From Candidatus Brockarchaeota archaeon (GTDB taxonomy: Archaea; Thermoproteota; EX4484-205; JAAOZP01), in NCBI GenBank assembly GCA_017601345.1, contig JAFNIT010000005.1, forward strand, positions 670 to 64,669: a stretch of DNA of 64,000 nucleotides, read 5' to 3'. The position numbers and the translations under genes were made by a program. Under the pieces are notes generated by a model that was not told where the DNA came from, did no database searches, and saw only the letters and a list, made by a program, of their open reading frames with translations. This document shows positions 27,424 to 36,750 of the stretch, piece after piece. Every line of letters begins with the position of its first letter. The first letter of the stretch is position 1.

Positions 27424-27837
27424 TCATCGTACCAGTATAAAGTCTTGATGCGGTTTTGTTAGATATTCCACCTCGAGGTATTTTTTCCATTCCCTGTTTA
27501 CGATATCCTCAAGAATCTCCTCCTTTTTCTTACGAAACATCTTCCACAGCTTCTTTTTATCCTCCTCACTTTTGGCTTTTTTTATCTCTGGAAGATAGAT
27601 AGGAGTTAATACAAATTCGTTTATCCATATCTCCCAATTTGTTACTGGATGAGAGTCAATATAAATTCTCCCATCCGCTGATTCTCCAACTCCAAAGCCA
27701 TAACGCCAACGTGTGTCTATATCCCATTTCTCGTTCATGTGAGGCTCCCTTATTTCGAATGGCTCAAAAAGAAACTTTCTTTTATATCTCTCATTTAAAC
27801 GATCTCTTAACTTTTCCAAAAAACTTTGACTACGCAT
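27424..27837 (-). CDS. Hypothetical Trp-rich protein
   Basis: 137 aa, 'WDIDTRWRYGFGVGESADGRIYIDSHPVTNWEIWINEF'. No recognisable family. Forms a two-gene unit with 27153-27422. Confidence 0.5.
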   Translation of the reverse strand: MRSQSFLEKLRDRLNERYKRKFLFEPFEIREPHMNEKWDIDTRWRYGFGVGESADGRIYIDSHPVTNWEIWINEFVLTPIYLPEIKKAKSEEDKKKLWKMFRKKKEEILEDIVNREWKKYLEVEYLTKPHQDFILVR

Positions 27838-27912
27838 CCTTAACCACCTCCAAAGCTCTCTATCTAATTTTTAGTAGATATACCCGTATATGGATTTGGG
27901 CTTGATTGTATT

Positions 27913-28356
27913 TCACTTTTTCTCAAAGAAAAGGCTCCAAAGTTCATCGGTGGAAAATACTTTAATTTTATTTTTTAAAGCTTCTTTCAATTCGTTATCG
28001 TTTGACCATATTGCAACCTCTAATCCCAAAGATTTTATTTTCAATGCCAGTGCAACATAAGGGAAATCATCAGTCGGAGAAATCTTCCTGGACTCTTCTA
28101 AAAATTGGGAGAACATTGAAGATGGAATAAAACTTACCTCCTTTTGTAAAAGTTCGAAAATCCTTTCCAATTCAGCTTTTGTAAGCTTCGATTTATTGAC
28201 AACTTCCTCGATATGTTCTTTAAGCTCGTCCTTTAGAAATTCTGGTGCAACCAGTTCAAATAACTTGATAAGGCTGTTAAACTCAAAGAGTCGGAATGTT
28301 CTGCCTTTAGAAATCAGTGCGGAGAAGAAAATATTTGCGTCAACTATTAGGAACAT
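27913..28356 (-). CDS. PIN-domain protein (VapC-like toxin candidate)
   Basis: 'LIVDANIFFSAL' (first acidic residue), 'PTDDFPYVALAL' and 'WSNDNEL' are arranged as in PIN nucleases. Confidence 0.7.
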   Translation of the reverse strand: MFLIVDANIFFSALISKGRTFRLFEFNSLIKLFELVAPEFLKDELKEHIEEVVNKSKLTKAELERIFELLQKEVSFIPSSMFSQFLEESRKISPTDDFPYVALALKIKSLGLEVAIWSNDNELKEALKNKIKVFSTDELWSLFFEKK

Positions 28357-28365
28357 TTAAAAGGG

Positions 28366-28593
28366 TTACCTTAGTTTTTCATATTTCTTTGCGAGAGACC
28401 TGTTAACTTTCCTGCCTAGTTCCAAAGCCTCCTCTTCAGTAAGCTTGCTTTTAGACAGCAGCTTCTCAGCTTCTATGAAATCCTCGAGCTTCTCCCTCAC
28501 CAGTTTCTGTATGGCTAACTGTAGCAATAGAGGATTCAATCTCTTGAAATCCTCTTTCAACTCCTCAGGTATGGGAACCACTATCTCACCCAT
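28366..28593 (-). CDS. Putative cognate antitoxin of the PIN protein
   Basis: 75-aa charged helical protein 9 nt upstream of the PIN gene on the same strand. The call rests on position and size; there is no strong motif. Confidence 0.5.
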   Translation of the reverse strand: MGEIVVPIPEELKEDFKRLNPLLLQLAIQKLVREKLEDFIEAEKLLSKSKLTEEEALELGRKVNRSLAKKYEKLR

Positions 28594-28686
28594 ATAGGTA
28601 CTAAATGTAAAACAGTATCAAAACCTATTTAAGCCTTGCTGGAAAGAAGAGTAAACAGGAAAATACGATTAGCCTTTGGGAAAACA

Positions 28687-28878
28687 TTACTCCTCGTCAG
28701 GATCAGACAGGTCCCAGTCAGGGCCAACTTTCGCGCGCTATGATCTCCAGCGCCCTTACCACCGCGAAAACTGTTTTATCGTCCTGAATAAACTGCTCGT
28801 AGGACATTCCTTCTACGAACCTCACAGCCTCATTCATGTATTCATGGAGTCGATAACATCGTTAACGTAATCCTTGGA
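28687..28878 (-). pseudogene. HEPN (DUF86) toxin remnant, frameshifted and truncated
   Basis: My minus-strand translation gives 'KDYVNDVIDS' / frameshift / 'MNEAVRFVEGMSYEQFIQDDKTVFAVVRALEIIARE', then early stops. The Rx4-6H motif region is missing. Confidence 0.55.
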
Positions 28879-29097
28879 TTACCCTTGAAAAGGGTAAACC
28901 ACTTCTTGCAAGATGCATTTCCCTATGGCTGGCTTCAAAGCTTTTTTATCCACAAGGTCGACTTTTACTCCTAAAAGCTCTGACAGATAGTTTTCAAGTT
29001 CTACAAACTTTATGAGGTCGATCTTCGCATCATCCTCGAACTCAGGATATCGATGTCGCTTGACCCCCTGTCGCACGCGTGAAAGCATCGATTTCAA
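28879..29097 (-). pseudogene. Minimal nucleotidyltransferase (MNT antitoxin) remnant
   Basis: C-terminal half '[42 protein letters not shown]' is typical MNT. The 'GSxxRG...DxD' half can only be read with a frameshift ('DIDIL' is in another frame around 29040-29055). Confidence 0.6.
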
Positions 29098-29553
29098 CCT
29101 TTGCAGAGAGTGCTTCCAATCTGGAAGAGCAAGCTGGTTTATGAGAACCGGGTTAAAAATTCTACAGTACGCACTATTATCTGGAAGATGGTAAAACTAG
29201 ATTCATTTCAATTTTACTTTGATATCGTTTGCTAGAGCAAGAAGCTTGTCTTTATCCAGCCTATTCCGAAGCATCTCTTGTTTTCGTCGAAATCCATGTA
29301 TGCACATTTCAAACGAGTTTCATGAAAAGGAGGTTATCGCAATAATAGAAGTAGAGAGCACCACCGATACGGTTAGCGAGAAGAACTTAAGAATATTTTC
29401 TTACAGGATATTTTTGTTATATGCTAGTGCACACTACGGAGAAATCGCTTTCCAGTCAACTCTAGCGTGCGCTATGAGAGCCCTCTGAATGGGGCGTATT
29501 TTGATCAGTGGTGTAAAACATTTAAACGTCAAAATATTCTCCAGCTCCATAAA

Positions 29554-30795
29554 ATGAGCATAGAGACAGAGCTTGGGACAAAGAAAATTGGGAAGGGTCT
29601 TCGTTCGAAAATAGGATGGTTACTTGTCTTAACCGGATTCTTAATTAACATGTGTCTGGGAGCGATATATTCTTTCAGTGTTTTCAGAAAGCCGTTGGAA
29701 AACCTGTGGGGGATAAGCGCTACCCAGAGTGGCTTACCCTTCATGGTTTTCCTCTTTTTCTTCTCAATATTCATGGCTATTTCTGGGGGCTTGATCAAGA
29801 AATGGGGTCCTATGAAGACTAGCTTGCTTGGAAGCATAATGGTAGGCGCTGGATGGATTGGAGCGAGTTTTTCTCCGAACATAGAGAGCATGACAGTACT
29901 GTATGGGGTTATCGGCGGTGCTGGAGTTGGCATTGTATATGGTTGTCCAATAGCTGTTTCAGCTACGTGGTTTCCGCAGAGGAGCGGGTTGGCAATAGGC
30001 TTGACGGTAATGGGCTTCGGATTATCCGGAGTAGTAATCGCCCCCTTCTTGACAAACCTCATTAGAATATTGGGACCATTGCAGACTTTCCTTTATACAG
30101 GGCTTGTTTTCCTCTCCGTTTTAACCGTATTATCATTGTTCTTAAGGTTCCCGCCTTCGGAGGCGGGTCGAGAACCCAAGTCTCCCAGTGAAGTAAAGCC
30201 TGACGAGAATACAGGTTTCACTAGGATTCAAATGGTTAAGTCGCTCAGTTTCTACGCGTTGTGGTCAGCCTACATGATAGGTTGTCTCGCAGGCCTTATG
30301 GCAATAGGAATCTCTTCGCCATTCGGGAAAGAGGTAGCTAAAATCGATGAACATATTGCTAATCTCACGATAATTGTTTTCTCAATATTCAACGGACTTG
30401 GTAGGCCACTATTCGGATGGATAACCGACAAGCTTAATCCGAGAAGGGGTGCAATGCTCTCTTTCGCCTTAATACTCACATCTTCAATAATCCTCTACCT
30501 GTTCGGTGAGGGTAGTCCGCTAATATACCTCTTATCTTTCAGCCTGCTGTGGTTGAACCTAGGTGGATGGCTTGCTATGGCTCCGGCAATGACGAAGAAA
30601 ATCTTCGGCACAAGATATTACTCTGAAAACTACGGGATTGTCTTCACCGCTTATGGTGCTGGTGCTATTCTAGGGACGTATCTTTCCGGAATGCTTAAAG
30701 ACTTTACGGGTACCTACTTATCCGTTTTCCCAATAGTCGCCTTTCTCGCGGTCTTGGGTATGCTAATCGTGTTTTCAGGATTAAAAACTCGTTAA
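29554..30795 (+). CDS. MFS transporter, oxalate/formate antiporter (OFA)-like
   Basis: About 12 hydrophobic segments and 'CLGAIYSFSVF' near TM1. Start moved to the ATG at 29554, which has the TATA-like 'catttaaacg' ~30 nt upstream. Confidence 0.8.
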   Translation: MSIETELGTKKIGKGLRSKIGWLLVLTGFLINMCLGAIYSFSVFRKPLENLWGISATQSGLPFMVFLFFFSIFMAISGGLIKKWGPMKTSLLGSIMVGAGWIGASFSPNIESMTVLYGVIGGAGVGIVYGCPIAVSATWFPQRSGLAIGLTVMGFGLSGVVIAPFLTNLIRILGPLQTFLYTGLVFLSVLTVLSLFLRFPPSEAGREPKSPSEVKPDENTGFTRIQMVKSLSFYALWSAYMIGCLAGLMAIGISSPFGKEVAKIDEHIANLTIIVFSIFNGLGRPLFGWITDKLNPRRGAMLSFALILTSSIILYLFGEGSPLIYLLSFSLLWLNLGGWLAMAPAMTKKIFGTRYYSENYGIVFTAYGAGAILGTYLSGMLKDFTGTYLSVFPIVAFLAVLGMLIVFSGLKTR

Positions 30796-30817
30796 GTATT
30801 TATAATTTTCTAAATGT

Positions 30818-32071
30818 TTAAACCCAATCATAAGCGTTTTCATCATCGTTGAAAGTATAGTGGATTTTTCTAAACCTGATGATAAGGCTCCTAACTTCTT
30901 CTCTAATCATCTCGGACGAATCAGGGTCTTTAACAACTTTGGCTATGAGCCTCCCCATTTGTTCCATCTCTTCCTTACCCATTCCAAGCCTCGTAACCTC
31001 TTGCACGCCAAGTCTTATACCGCTAGCCGCCGTCTCAGACTTGTCTGTTGGAAGCGGGGTCATGCTGGTTATTATGCCTGCTTTTTCAAGGTTTTTAGAT
31101 ACCTCCATTGCAGTGCCCTCCTTAACCCTGAATATTACTTGATGCGATTTAGTAAACCCTTTGTTGGCACACATAACGTCTAAACCGTTGTTGTACAGGG
31201 ACTCGGCTAATGCCTGAGCGTTTGCAACGACGTTTCTAGCATAATCCCGTCCAAACGCTAGGAATTCCGCAAGGGTGTAAGCCAATGCTGCAACCCTATT
31301 TATATGGTGATTGTTAATCATGCTTAATGCAACCTTGTCTATAGCGTCGCCATACTGCCTTTTGCAAAGTATTATGCCTCCCTGGGGTCCGAAGAAGGTC
31401 TTGTGAGTACTTCCAGTTAGGATCGCCGCCCCCTCTCTCAGGGGGTCTTGGAAGTTGTCCCCCGCTATCAAACCTAGCACATGAGCCCCATCGTAGACAG
31501 TGACTGCTCCCACGCTGGAAGCAGCATCTGAAATCTCTTTTACGGGCTGTGGGAAGAGGATTTCAGAAGCGCCCAGCATCACCATCTTCGGCATTACTTT
31601 AGCAATCATTCTTACAGACTGGTCGACATCTATATTGTATTCCTCCGCGTCAAACGGCAGGGGGACCATGCTGACGCCGTGATACCTGGAGACTTCCCTA
31701 AAGCTACTGTGGCCGCCGTCAATGACGCTCAATCCCATCATCGTATCCCCTGGTCTTGTTAAAGCGCCTATTGCAACCAGGTTTGCCATCGTACCTGAAA
31801 TGGGAAGCGTGTTGACGTGCTCAACTCTGAAAAGCTTCCTGGCGAGGAATTGCGTCAACTCCTCAAGCTTATCTATATACTCGCATCCTCTATACATTCT
31901 TTCGTAAAGGAACCCGACGGCATACCTATGTCCCATATCACACGTTAGGAGCTTCCTAACCTCCCTGCTCGTAATATTCTCACTTGCAATGAGGTTCAGG
32001 GAAGACCCTCGGAAAGCATGATGGTTTCTAACTATTTCGAAAACCTCTTCTGCAAGGCTTTTCTCAGACAA
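30818..32071 (-). CDS. glyA: Serine hydroxymethyltransferase
   Basis: 'LIASENITS' and 'GSTHKTFFGPQGG' (PLP lysine motif). Confidence 0.9.
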   Translation of the reverse strand: MSEKSLAEEVFEIVRNHHAFRGSSLNLIASENITSREVRKLLTCDMGHRYAVGFLYERMYRGCEYIDKLEELTQFLARKLFRVEHVNTLPISGTMANLVAIGALTRPGDTMMGLSVIDGGHSSFREVSRYHGVSMVPLPFDAEEYNIDVDQSVRMIAKVMPKMVMLGASEILFPQPVKEISDAASSVGAVTVYDGAHVLGLIAGDNFQDPLREGAAILTGSTHKTFFGPQGGIILCKRQYGDAIDKVALSMINNHHINRVAALAYTLAEFLAFGRDYARNVVANAQALAESLYNNGLDVMCANKGFTKSHQVIFRVKEGTAMEVSKNLEKAGIITSMTPLPTDKSETAASGIRLGVQEVTRLGMGKEEMEQMGRLIAKVVKDPDSSEMIREEVRSLIIRFRKIHYTFNDDENAYDWV

Positions 32072-32162
32072 TTGCGCGAGCTTGAAGCAAACCGTCCTTT
32101 AAAAAGTTTCTCAGCCTCCAGAGTTTTACGCATAAATATTCGTGTGTGGGTGGCGATTCTTA

Positions 32163-33419
32163 ATGAGGAGAGGCATAAGACAGAGGGTTAGCCTTAGAAT
32201 TGGAAAGACGCTGCTTGTAGACGGTCCAGCTACTGTACAAGTCATTGAAGGAATGGTTAATGTAATGGGGGCGGTGTTTGCCGAAGGCAGTATTTTAAAG
32301 GTTAGGAGGTTCAGGAGGATGCCTTTCTACGCCGAGCATTCTGACGCTGGCCTGCTCATCGACGGTAAAAATTATCAAATAATAGAGGGTTCAACGATAC
32401 CTGTCAGTTGGATAGATTGCGCTGAGAAAACAGCAGGCGACGAGGCTAGGTTAATAGCGATAGTCGGCGGCACCGACTCCGGGAAGACAAGCTTAGCAAC
32501 CTTCCTGGTGAATTATTACCTTAATTTCCAAGGCGAGGTTGGAATTGTTGACGGTGATCCAGGCCAGAACGACCTGGGTATTCCAGGAACTGTCAGCGCC
32601 GGAGTTGCGAATAAGAGTTTAAGCGACCTCTGCCAAGTTAGGCCTGAAGTAATCGAGTTCATAGGCTTAACGGCTCCGGAAACAGTGGCTGGTGAGTTGA
32701 ATGAATCGATAGCCAAGATTATCGATAGGCTTGTAAAGAGGGGTGTTAGAAAGATTGTGTTGAATACAGACGGGTGGGTTAGTCCTAAGGGGTTGAAGCA
32801 TAAGGCTGAGCTCATGAACATGATTAAACCATACTTCGTAGTCTCGCTACTAGGGGGGGAGGATTCCGCTTCCTTCGCGAAAGAGATTAATCAAAACATG
32901 AAGATTATCCGGGTTGAGGCTCCTCTCTACGTGAAAAAGAGGAGTAGGGCCCAAAGGAAGCTTCTTAGAATGCTGAACTATAAGAGGCATTTTGCAAAAT
33001 CCAGGTTTGTGAAAATGAGTGTTAGTGAAGTAAGGTTTGTAAACCATCCTTTCATAAACGGAGAGCCGACATTCTTATCGGAAAAAGTTGGAGAGGGATT
33101 GGAAATCGTAGAAGCGAAACTGTACATGGAGAAGACCTATGTTAAAACTCGAGGAGTGTTAGAGGAACCAGTCTTTATTGAGGCTGGGGGGAGAAGCATT
33201 GTCCTGCTGGGCGAGGGCTGGGAGAGGGGCCTTCTGGTAGGGCTTGCTAGAGGAGATGCTTTCCTCGGAGTGGGCGTGATAGAGTCGCTAACAGATAAGG
33301 AGATTACTGTTAGAACACCGTTATCATCCAGATTCGACTCGATAAAGCTGGGTGAAATAAAACTTGATCCTGTTTTCAACGAGAAGAGTTTCTCCTGGAA
33401 ACCAAGGAGCATTGATTAA
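32163..33419 (+). CDS. Clp1/Grc3-family polynucleotide 5'-kinase-like P-loop protein
   Basis: 'IVGGTDSGKTSLATFLVNY' P-loop followed by 'DGDPGQND', as in archaeal Clp1 homologs. ATG at 32163 is preferred over GTG at 32142 (TATA-like 'cataaatatt' at 32131-32140). Confidence 0.7.
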   Translation: MRRGIRQRVSLRIGKTLLVDGPATVQVIEGMVNVMGAVFAEGSILKVRRFRRMPFYAEHSDAGLLIDGKNYQIIEGSTIPVSWIDCAEKTAGDEARLIAIVGGTDSGKTSLATFLVNYYLNFQGEVGIVDGDPGQNDLGIPGTVSAGVANKSLSDLCQVRPEVIEFIGLTAPETVAGELNESIAKIIDRLVKRGVRKIVLNTDGWVSPKGLKHKAELMNMIKPYFVVSLLGGEDSASFAKEINQNMKIIRVEAPLYVKKRSRAQRKLLRMLNYKRHFAKSRFVKMSVSEVRFVNHPFINGEPTFLSEKVGEGLEIVEAKLYMEKTYVKTRGVLEEPVFIEAGGRSIVLLGEGWERGLLVGLARGDAFLGVGVIESLTDKEITVRTPLSSRFDSIKLGEIKLDPVFNEKSFSWKPRSID

Positions 33420-33448
33420 ATTATGAAAATATAGTATTATGGATGTTT

Positions 33449-34486
33449 TTAAGATGTTAGTGCATTCTTAAGCTCTATTAGAGAACTGTCTACAAGCTTC
33501 GTCTCTGCAACGGCCTCTGAAAGATCAACGCTCACTATTTCAGTCCCCCTTAACGCAACCATCTTGCCGAAGATACCTTTTCTCACAAGCTCCACCGCAG
33601 CGTATCCGAGCCTAGTGGCGAGAACCCTGTCAAACGCTGTAGGAGGCATCCCCCTCACTATATGAGCGGGGGCAACAGCCCTTGTTTCAAAACCAGTTGC
33701 CTTCTCGATCTCCTTAGCTAGAAATTCCCCTATCCCGCCTAAGTACACGTGTCCAAACTGGTCGACCTTAGTATCCTTGGTTATAGGACCCTTGTAGTCT
33801 GCTATTAAAGCTCCTTCTGCGACAACTATCGTTAAACTACCTTTACCCTCAGCCTTTTTCTTTTTGACAAACTCTACGACGTCGCTTATTTTAAAGGGTT
33901 CTTCAGGAATAAGAATCAAGTCAGCGCCAGCAGCAATCCCAGAATATAGCGCTATCCATCCTGCGTGCCTACCCATTATCTCAACCACCATTATTCTATC
34001 CATAGCCTCTCCCGTTGTCTTCAACGATTCTATGGCCTCCATCGCAGCGTTTACAGCGGTGTCGAATCCGAAAGTATAATCAGTGCCTTTGAGGTCGTTG
34101 TCTATTGTCTTCGGAACTCCAATAACTTTCAAGCCAGCTTCATGCAGCTTCTTAGCCGCCGTGAGAGTATCGTCGCCACCTATAGCTATCAAAGCATCTA
34201 AGCCGAGCTTCTTAAAGTTCTCTATACACTTATTCATCGTTTCCTCGTCCTTAACTGGATTTGTCCTCGAAGTCTTTATTACAGTCCCTGCCTCGCCAAT
34301 CTTATCCTCTAAGTCGCTGTAGTGTAGTGGAACAGTATCCATCTTAAGCAACCCTGCCCAGCCGTATCTTATGCCGACGACCTCGATCCCGTATTGTTCA
34401 GCTCTCTTCAATACTGCTCTTATTACAGCGTTCAAACCGGGAGCGTCTCCTCCGCCTGTTAAAACTCCTACCTTCATCCCTCGCAC
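33449..34486 (-). CDS. pfp: PFK-A family 6-phosphofructokinase with the PPi-type signature
   Basis: 'GGGDAPGLNAVIRAV', 'IGGDDT', 'VPKTIDND' and 'MGRHAGW'. Confidence 0.85.
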   Translation of the reverse strand: MRGMKVGVLTGGGDAPGLNAVIRAVLKRAEQYGIEVVGIRYGWAGLLKMDTVPLHYSDLEDKIGEAGTVIKTSRTNPVKDEETMNKCIENFKKLGLDALIAIGGDDTLTAAKKLHEAGLKVIGVPKTIDNDLKGTDYTFGFDTAVNAAMEAIESLKTTGEAMDRIMVVEIMGRHAGWIALYSGIAAGADLILIPEEPFKISDVVEFVKKKKAEGKGSLTIVVAEGALIADYKGPITKDTKVDQFGHVYLGGIGEFLAKEIEKATGFETRAVAPAHIVRGMPPTAFDRVLATRLGYAAVELVRKGIFGKMVALRGTEIVSVDLSEAVAETKLVDSSLIELKNALTS

Positions 34487-34524
34487 CTTAAGGCCTTAAT
34501 CCTTATGGAGGGTGGTTTTAACTT

Positions 34525-35811
34525 TTACCCCTTAATGGTTGAAACCCTGGAGATTATCAATGGGATGAGCAGCTCGTCCAGAGTTAAGGAGCCGTGGGCC
34601 CCGGCTTTAACGAACTCCGGCTCAGTCCTCTCCTTTAAGTCGTAATGGAAGACAATCCTCCCCTCCCCTTTTGAGAGTGCTACGTAATCCCCTACTCTGT
34701 CTAAGACGCATGGATTAACCTCTCCTAAGCCGAACAATCCTTTTTCTAGGAGCTTCTTCGACTCCAGTAAAACAATGTCTCTGCCAATTTTCCTTCGGGA
34801 AATTCTTTCGAGTATTTTCGCCTCCTTTTTCACGTAGAAGTATGCTGCTCTAGACTCTCCTGCAGGGGGCATTATGAGACTCTCATTAAGCCACTTCATT
34901 TTTTCAAGCCTGATCGACCTATCATCCCTAACCTTGGATTGGCCGTGGTCTGAAGTGATTACTAATAGTGTTCTTTTAGCAATATCTGGAGTAACGTTGT
35001 TGATAACTGTTCTCAGAAGAGTGAAGGTGCTGGTCAGCTCTAGCTCAGCCTCTCGACTGAATGGACCGTAGTGATGAGATTGAGCGTCAAAACCATCCCA
35101 ATAGGCCATTACGAAATCCGTCTTCTTATCGTTAATAAGCCTGACCAGGTTTGTTGCGAAGTCCACGGTAGTTAACGCAGGCACTATTTCAGAATCCTTG
35201 TAGAGAATTGTTGAGAGCCCACTATTCCTGATGCCATATCTTATTAGTGTTTTCGATCGAAGGCCTGCTTCCTTAAGCCTTTGCGTGAGAACTTTGGTTC
35301 CCAAAAGCTTTTCTACGCTCATACCGAGTTCGAAAATCCTGTTCTTCCTCTCGTCGTTGACTGGGCTGAGCGATATCATGTTAATCATGGAGCTAAGCTC
35401 CTTCATGAAGACTATGTAAGCAACTATTCCGTGTTCCTGCGGAGTTAGACCCGTGTTAAGACTCGTCAGTGCTGTCGATGTTGTAGAGGGGAATACTGAT
35501 GTCAAAGCCTTAAAACATGTTTCTTCTTTCAGAAGAAAATCGTTCAGAAGACTCCTAAGCTTTTCAGAAGACTTTGTGAAAACATTGAGGCCCATTGCAT
35601 CCATGACTATGAGAACAATCCTGTCGACACTTCTAAAACTCGATAAAACATCATCCCTGAGCGTTTTCCCCTGTGGCTTGGCTCCCATAAACCTTGCCAA
35701 GCTATTCGAGAGGTTTGGAAGGGAAGCACCGTCGTACTTAGGCATGAAGAGACCGGGTGAAAGCTTCCGGAGGCCAAGTTCCTCGACAGCGTCTTCCAGT
35801 TTAGAAAGCAT
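34525..35811 (-). CDS. Alkaline-phosphatase-superfamily protein (phosphodiesterase/nucleotide pyrophosphatase-like)
   Basis: 'VMDAMG', 'VFPSTTSTALTSLNTGLTPQEHGIV' and 'TSDHGQ'. Start placed at the internal Met ('MLSKLEDAV'); the ORF is open to 35895. Confidence 0.7.
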   Translation of the reverse strand: MLSKLEDAVEELGLRKLSPGLFMPKYDGASLPNLSNSLARFMGAKPQGKTLRDDVLSSFRSVDRIVLIVMDAMGLNVFTKSSEKLRSLLNDFLLKEETCFKALTSVFPSTTSTALTSLNTGLTPQEHGIVAYIVFMKELSSMINMISLSPVNDERKNRIFELGMSVEKLLGTKVLTQRLKEAGLRSKTLIRYGIRNSGLSTILYKDSEIVPALTTVDFATNLVRLINDKKTDFVMAYWDGFDAQSHHYGPFSREAELELTSTFTLLRTVINNVTPDIAKRTLLVITSDHGQSKVRDDRSIRLEKMKWLNESLIMPPAGESRAAYFYVKKEAKILERISRRKIGRDIVLLESKKLLEKGLFGLGEVNPCVLDRVGDYVALSKGEGRIVFHYDLKERTEPEFVKAGAHGSLTLDELLIPLIISRVSTIKG

Positions 35812-35875
35812 GCAAGTAATCCTACGCAATACATATAAAAATACTTTATCTCTAAGAATCTGGGAGGAGTCGGTA

Positions 35876-36235
35876 TTGAATAAAGTAGGCTTCACCTACT
35901 TGCAGGAGGAGGACAAACTCATATTAGGCCCACTGGAACCTGGCGAGGTCACGGTGCCTCTTCAAGAAAACGTATTAAAAATCTTCTTTGAAAGAACTAG
36001 AGAGGGTTTCAGGCTTTCGTTGCAAACCGCGAGAGGGGAGAAAGTGCTTAGAGTACTTGTTCTCAAGGACGCTGGCCCCGCTGTTCTACGCCTTACTGAT
36101 GAGATTGCTGAAAGAATAGGCTCTCTAAAACTAAGCTGGAACCTTAAGGATTTGAAAATCGAAGGGTTAAAACTGGGGGAGGAGCTGCTTGAACTAAGCT
36201 TCGTCTCCACCCCTCTTAATGCCGAGAATATTTGA
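35876..36235 (+). CDS. Hypothetical protein
   Basis: Only the 3' part of track ORF 35453-36235 lies outside the antisense shadow of the previous gene. TTG at 35876 with 'catataaaaatac' ~35 nt upstream. Composition is protein-like. Confidence 0.35.
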   Translation: MNKVGFTYLQEEDKLILGPLEPGEVTVPLQENVLKIFFERTREGFRLSLQTARGEKVLRVLVLKDAGPAVLRLTDEIAERIGSLKLSWNLKDLKIEGLKLGEELLELSFVSTPLNAENI

Positions 36236-36244
36236 TTCCTTGGG

Positions 36245-36436
36245 CTAGTCTGTTTCTTCAAACCAGGGTTGTTCAGGCCTCTCCCTAAGCCTTCTAAACT
36301 TCTCCCTAAGCCTTCTTGTTTCCCTCCTATGTCTAAGCAGGGCACTGATGAGGAAGAATAAGAAACTAAGAAATATTGCAATCATGTATGTGAAGAAGAA
36401 AGTGGAGAGGTCTAACTGAGCCCTAAACATTTTCAA
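36245..36436 (-). CDS. Hypothetical small single-TM protein
   Basis: 63 aa with one hydrophobic helix, then Arg-rich 'RRLREKFRRLRER' encoded by a 16-nt direct repeat. Weak call. Confidence 0.3.
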   Translation of the reverse strand: MKMFRAQLDLSTFFFTYMIAIFLSFLFFLISALLRHRRETRRLREKFRRLRERPEQPWFEETD

Positions 36437-36517
36437 AAGCCCTAGTGCTTCGCCTATATATGTTTTTTCCCGTAGGGTAAGCTTTTTAAAGAACCTGCTT
36501 CCCCTAGCTGAATAGCC

Positions 36518-36742
36518 TTGCTCAAAGCATACCTTCTTATAGTCTGCGAAGTAGGCTTAGAGAAGGATGTTGAAGAAACCATTCGTAAGGTTGAAAGCGT
36601 TACTAACGTGGATGTTGTCTACGGCGAGTACGACATAATAGCGACAGTAGAGGTTAACGATATTAAGCAGCTCGACAACGTTGTTACGCAGATAAGACGT
36701 ATAAAGGGAGTCTTAAGAACGATGACACTTCTCTGCGATTAA
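36518..36742 (+). CDS. Stand-alone RAM (Lrp/AsnC ligand-binding) domain protein
   Basis: 74 aa, 'AYLLIVCEVG ... VDVVYGEYDIIATVEV ... IRRIKGVLRTMTL'. Beta-alpha-beta-beta-alpha-beta RAM pattern without an HTH. Confidence 0.7.
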   Translation: MLKAYLLIVCEVGLEKDVEETIRKVESVTNVDVVYGEYDIIATVEVNDIKQLDNVVTQIRRIKGVLRTMTLLCD

Positions 36743-36750
36743 ATCAAAAA

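Noticed and set aside
29219-29488. An 89-aa plus-strand ORF, and short minus-strand ORFs, lie between the MNT remnant and the MFS transporter.
   Set aside because: The sequence is Ser/Arg/Leu-rich and low in complexity, and it overlaps the likely MFS promoter region. This is probably non-coding or degraded sequence.
27120-29553. The AT-rich TA islet could be an integrated mobile element.
   Set aside because: I found no integrase, no flanking direct repeats and no tRNA target. It is better described as a small accretion zone of TA modules.
36279-36316. A 16-nt direct repeat, 'tctccctaagccttct', present twice and 5 nt apart.
   Set aside because: Two copies only. On the minus strand they encode the repeated 'RRLRE(K/R)' of a small Arg-rich ORF. 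This is neither a CRISPR-like nor a satellite array.
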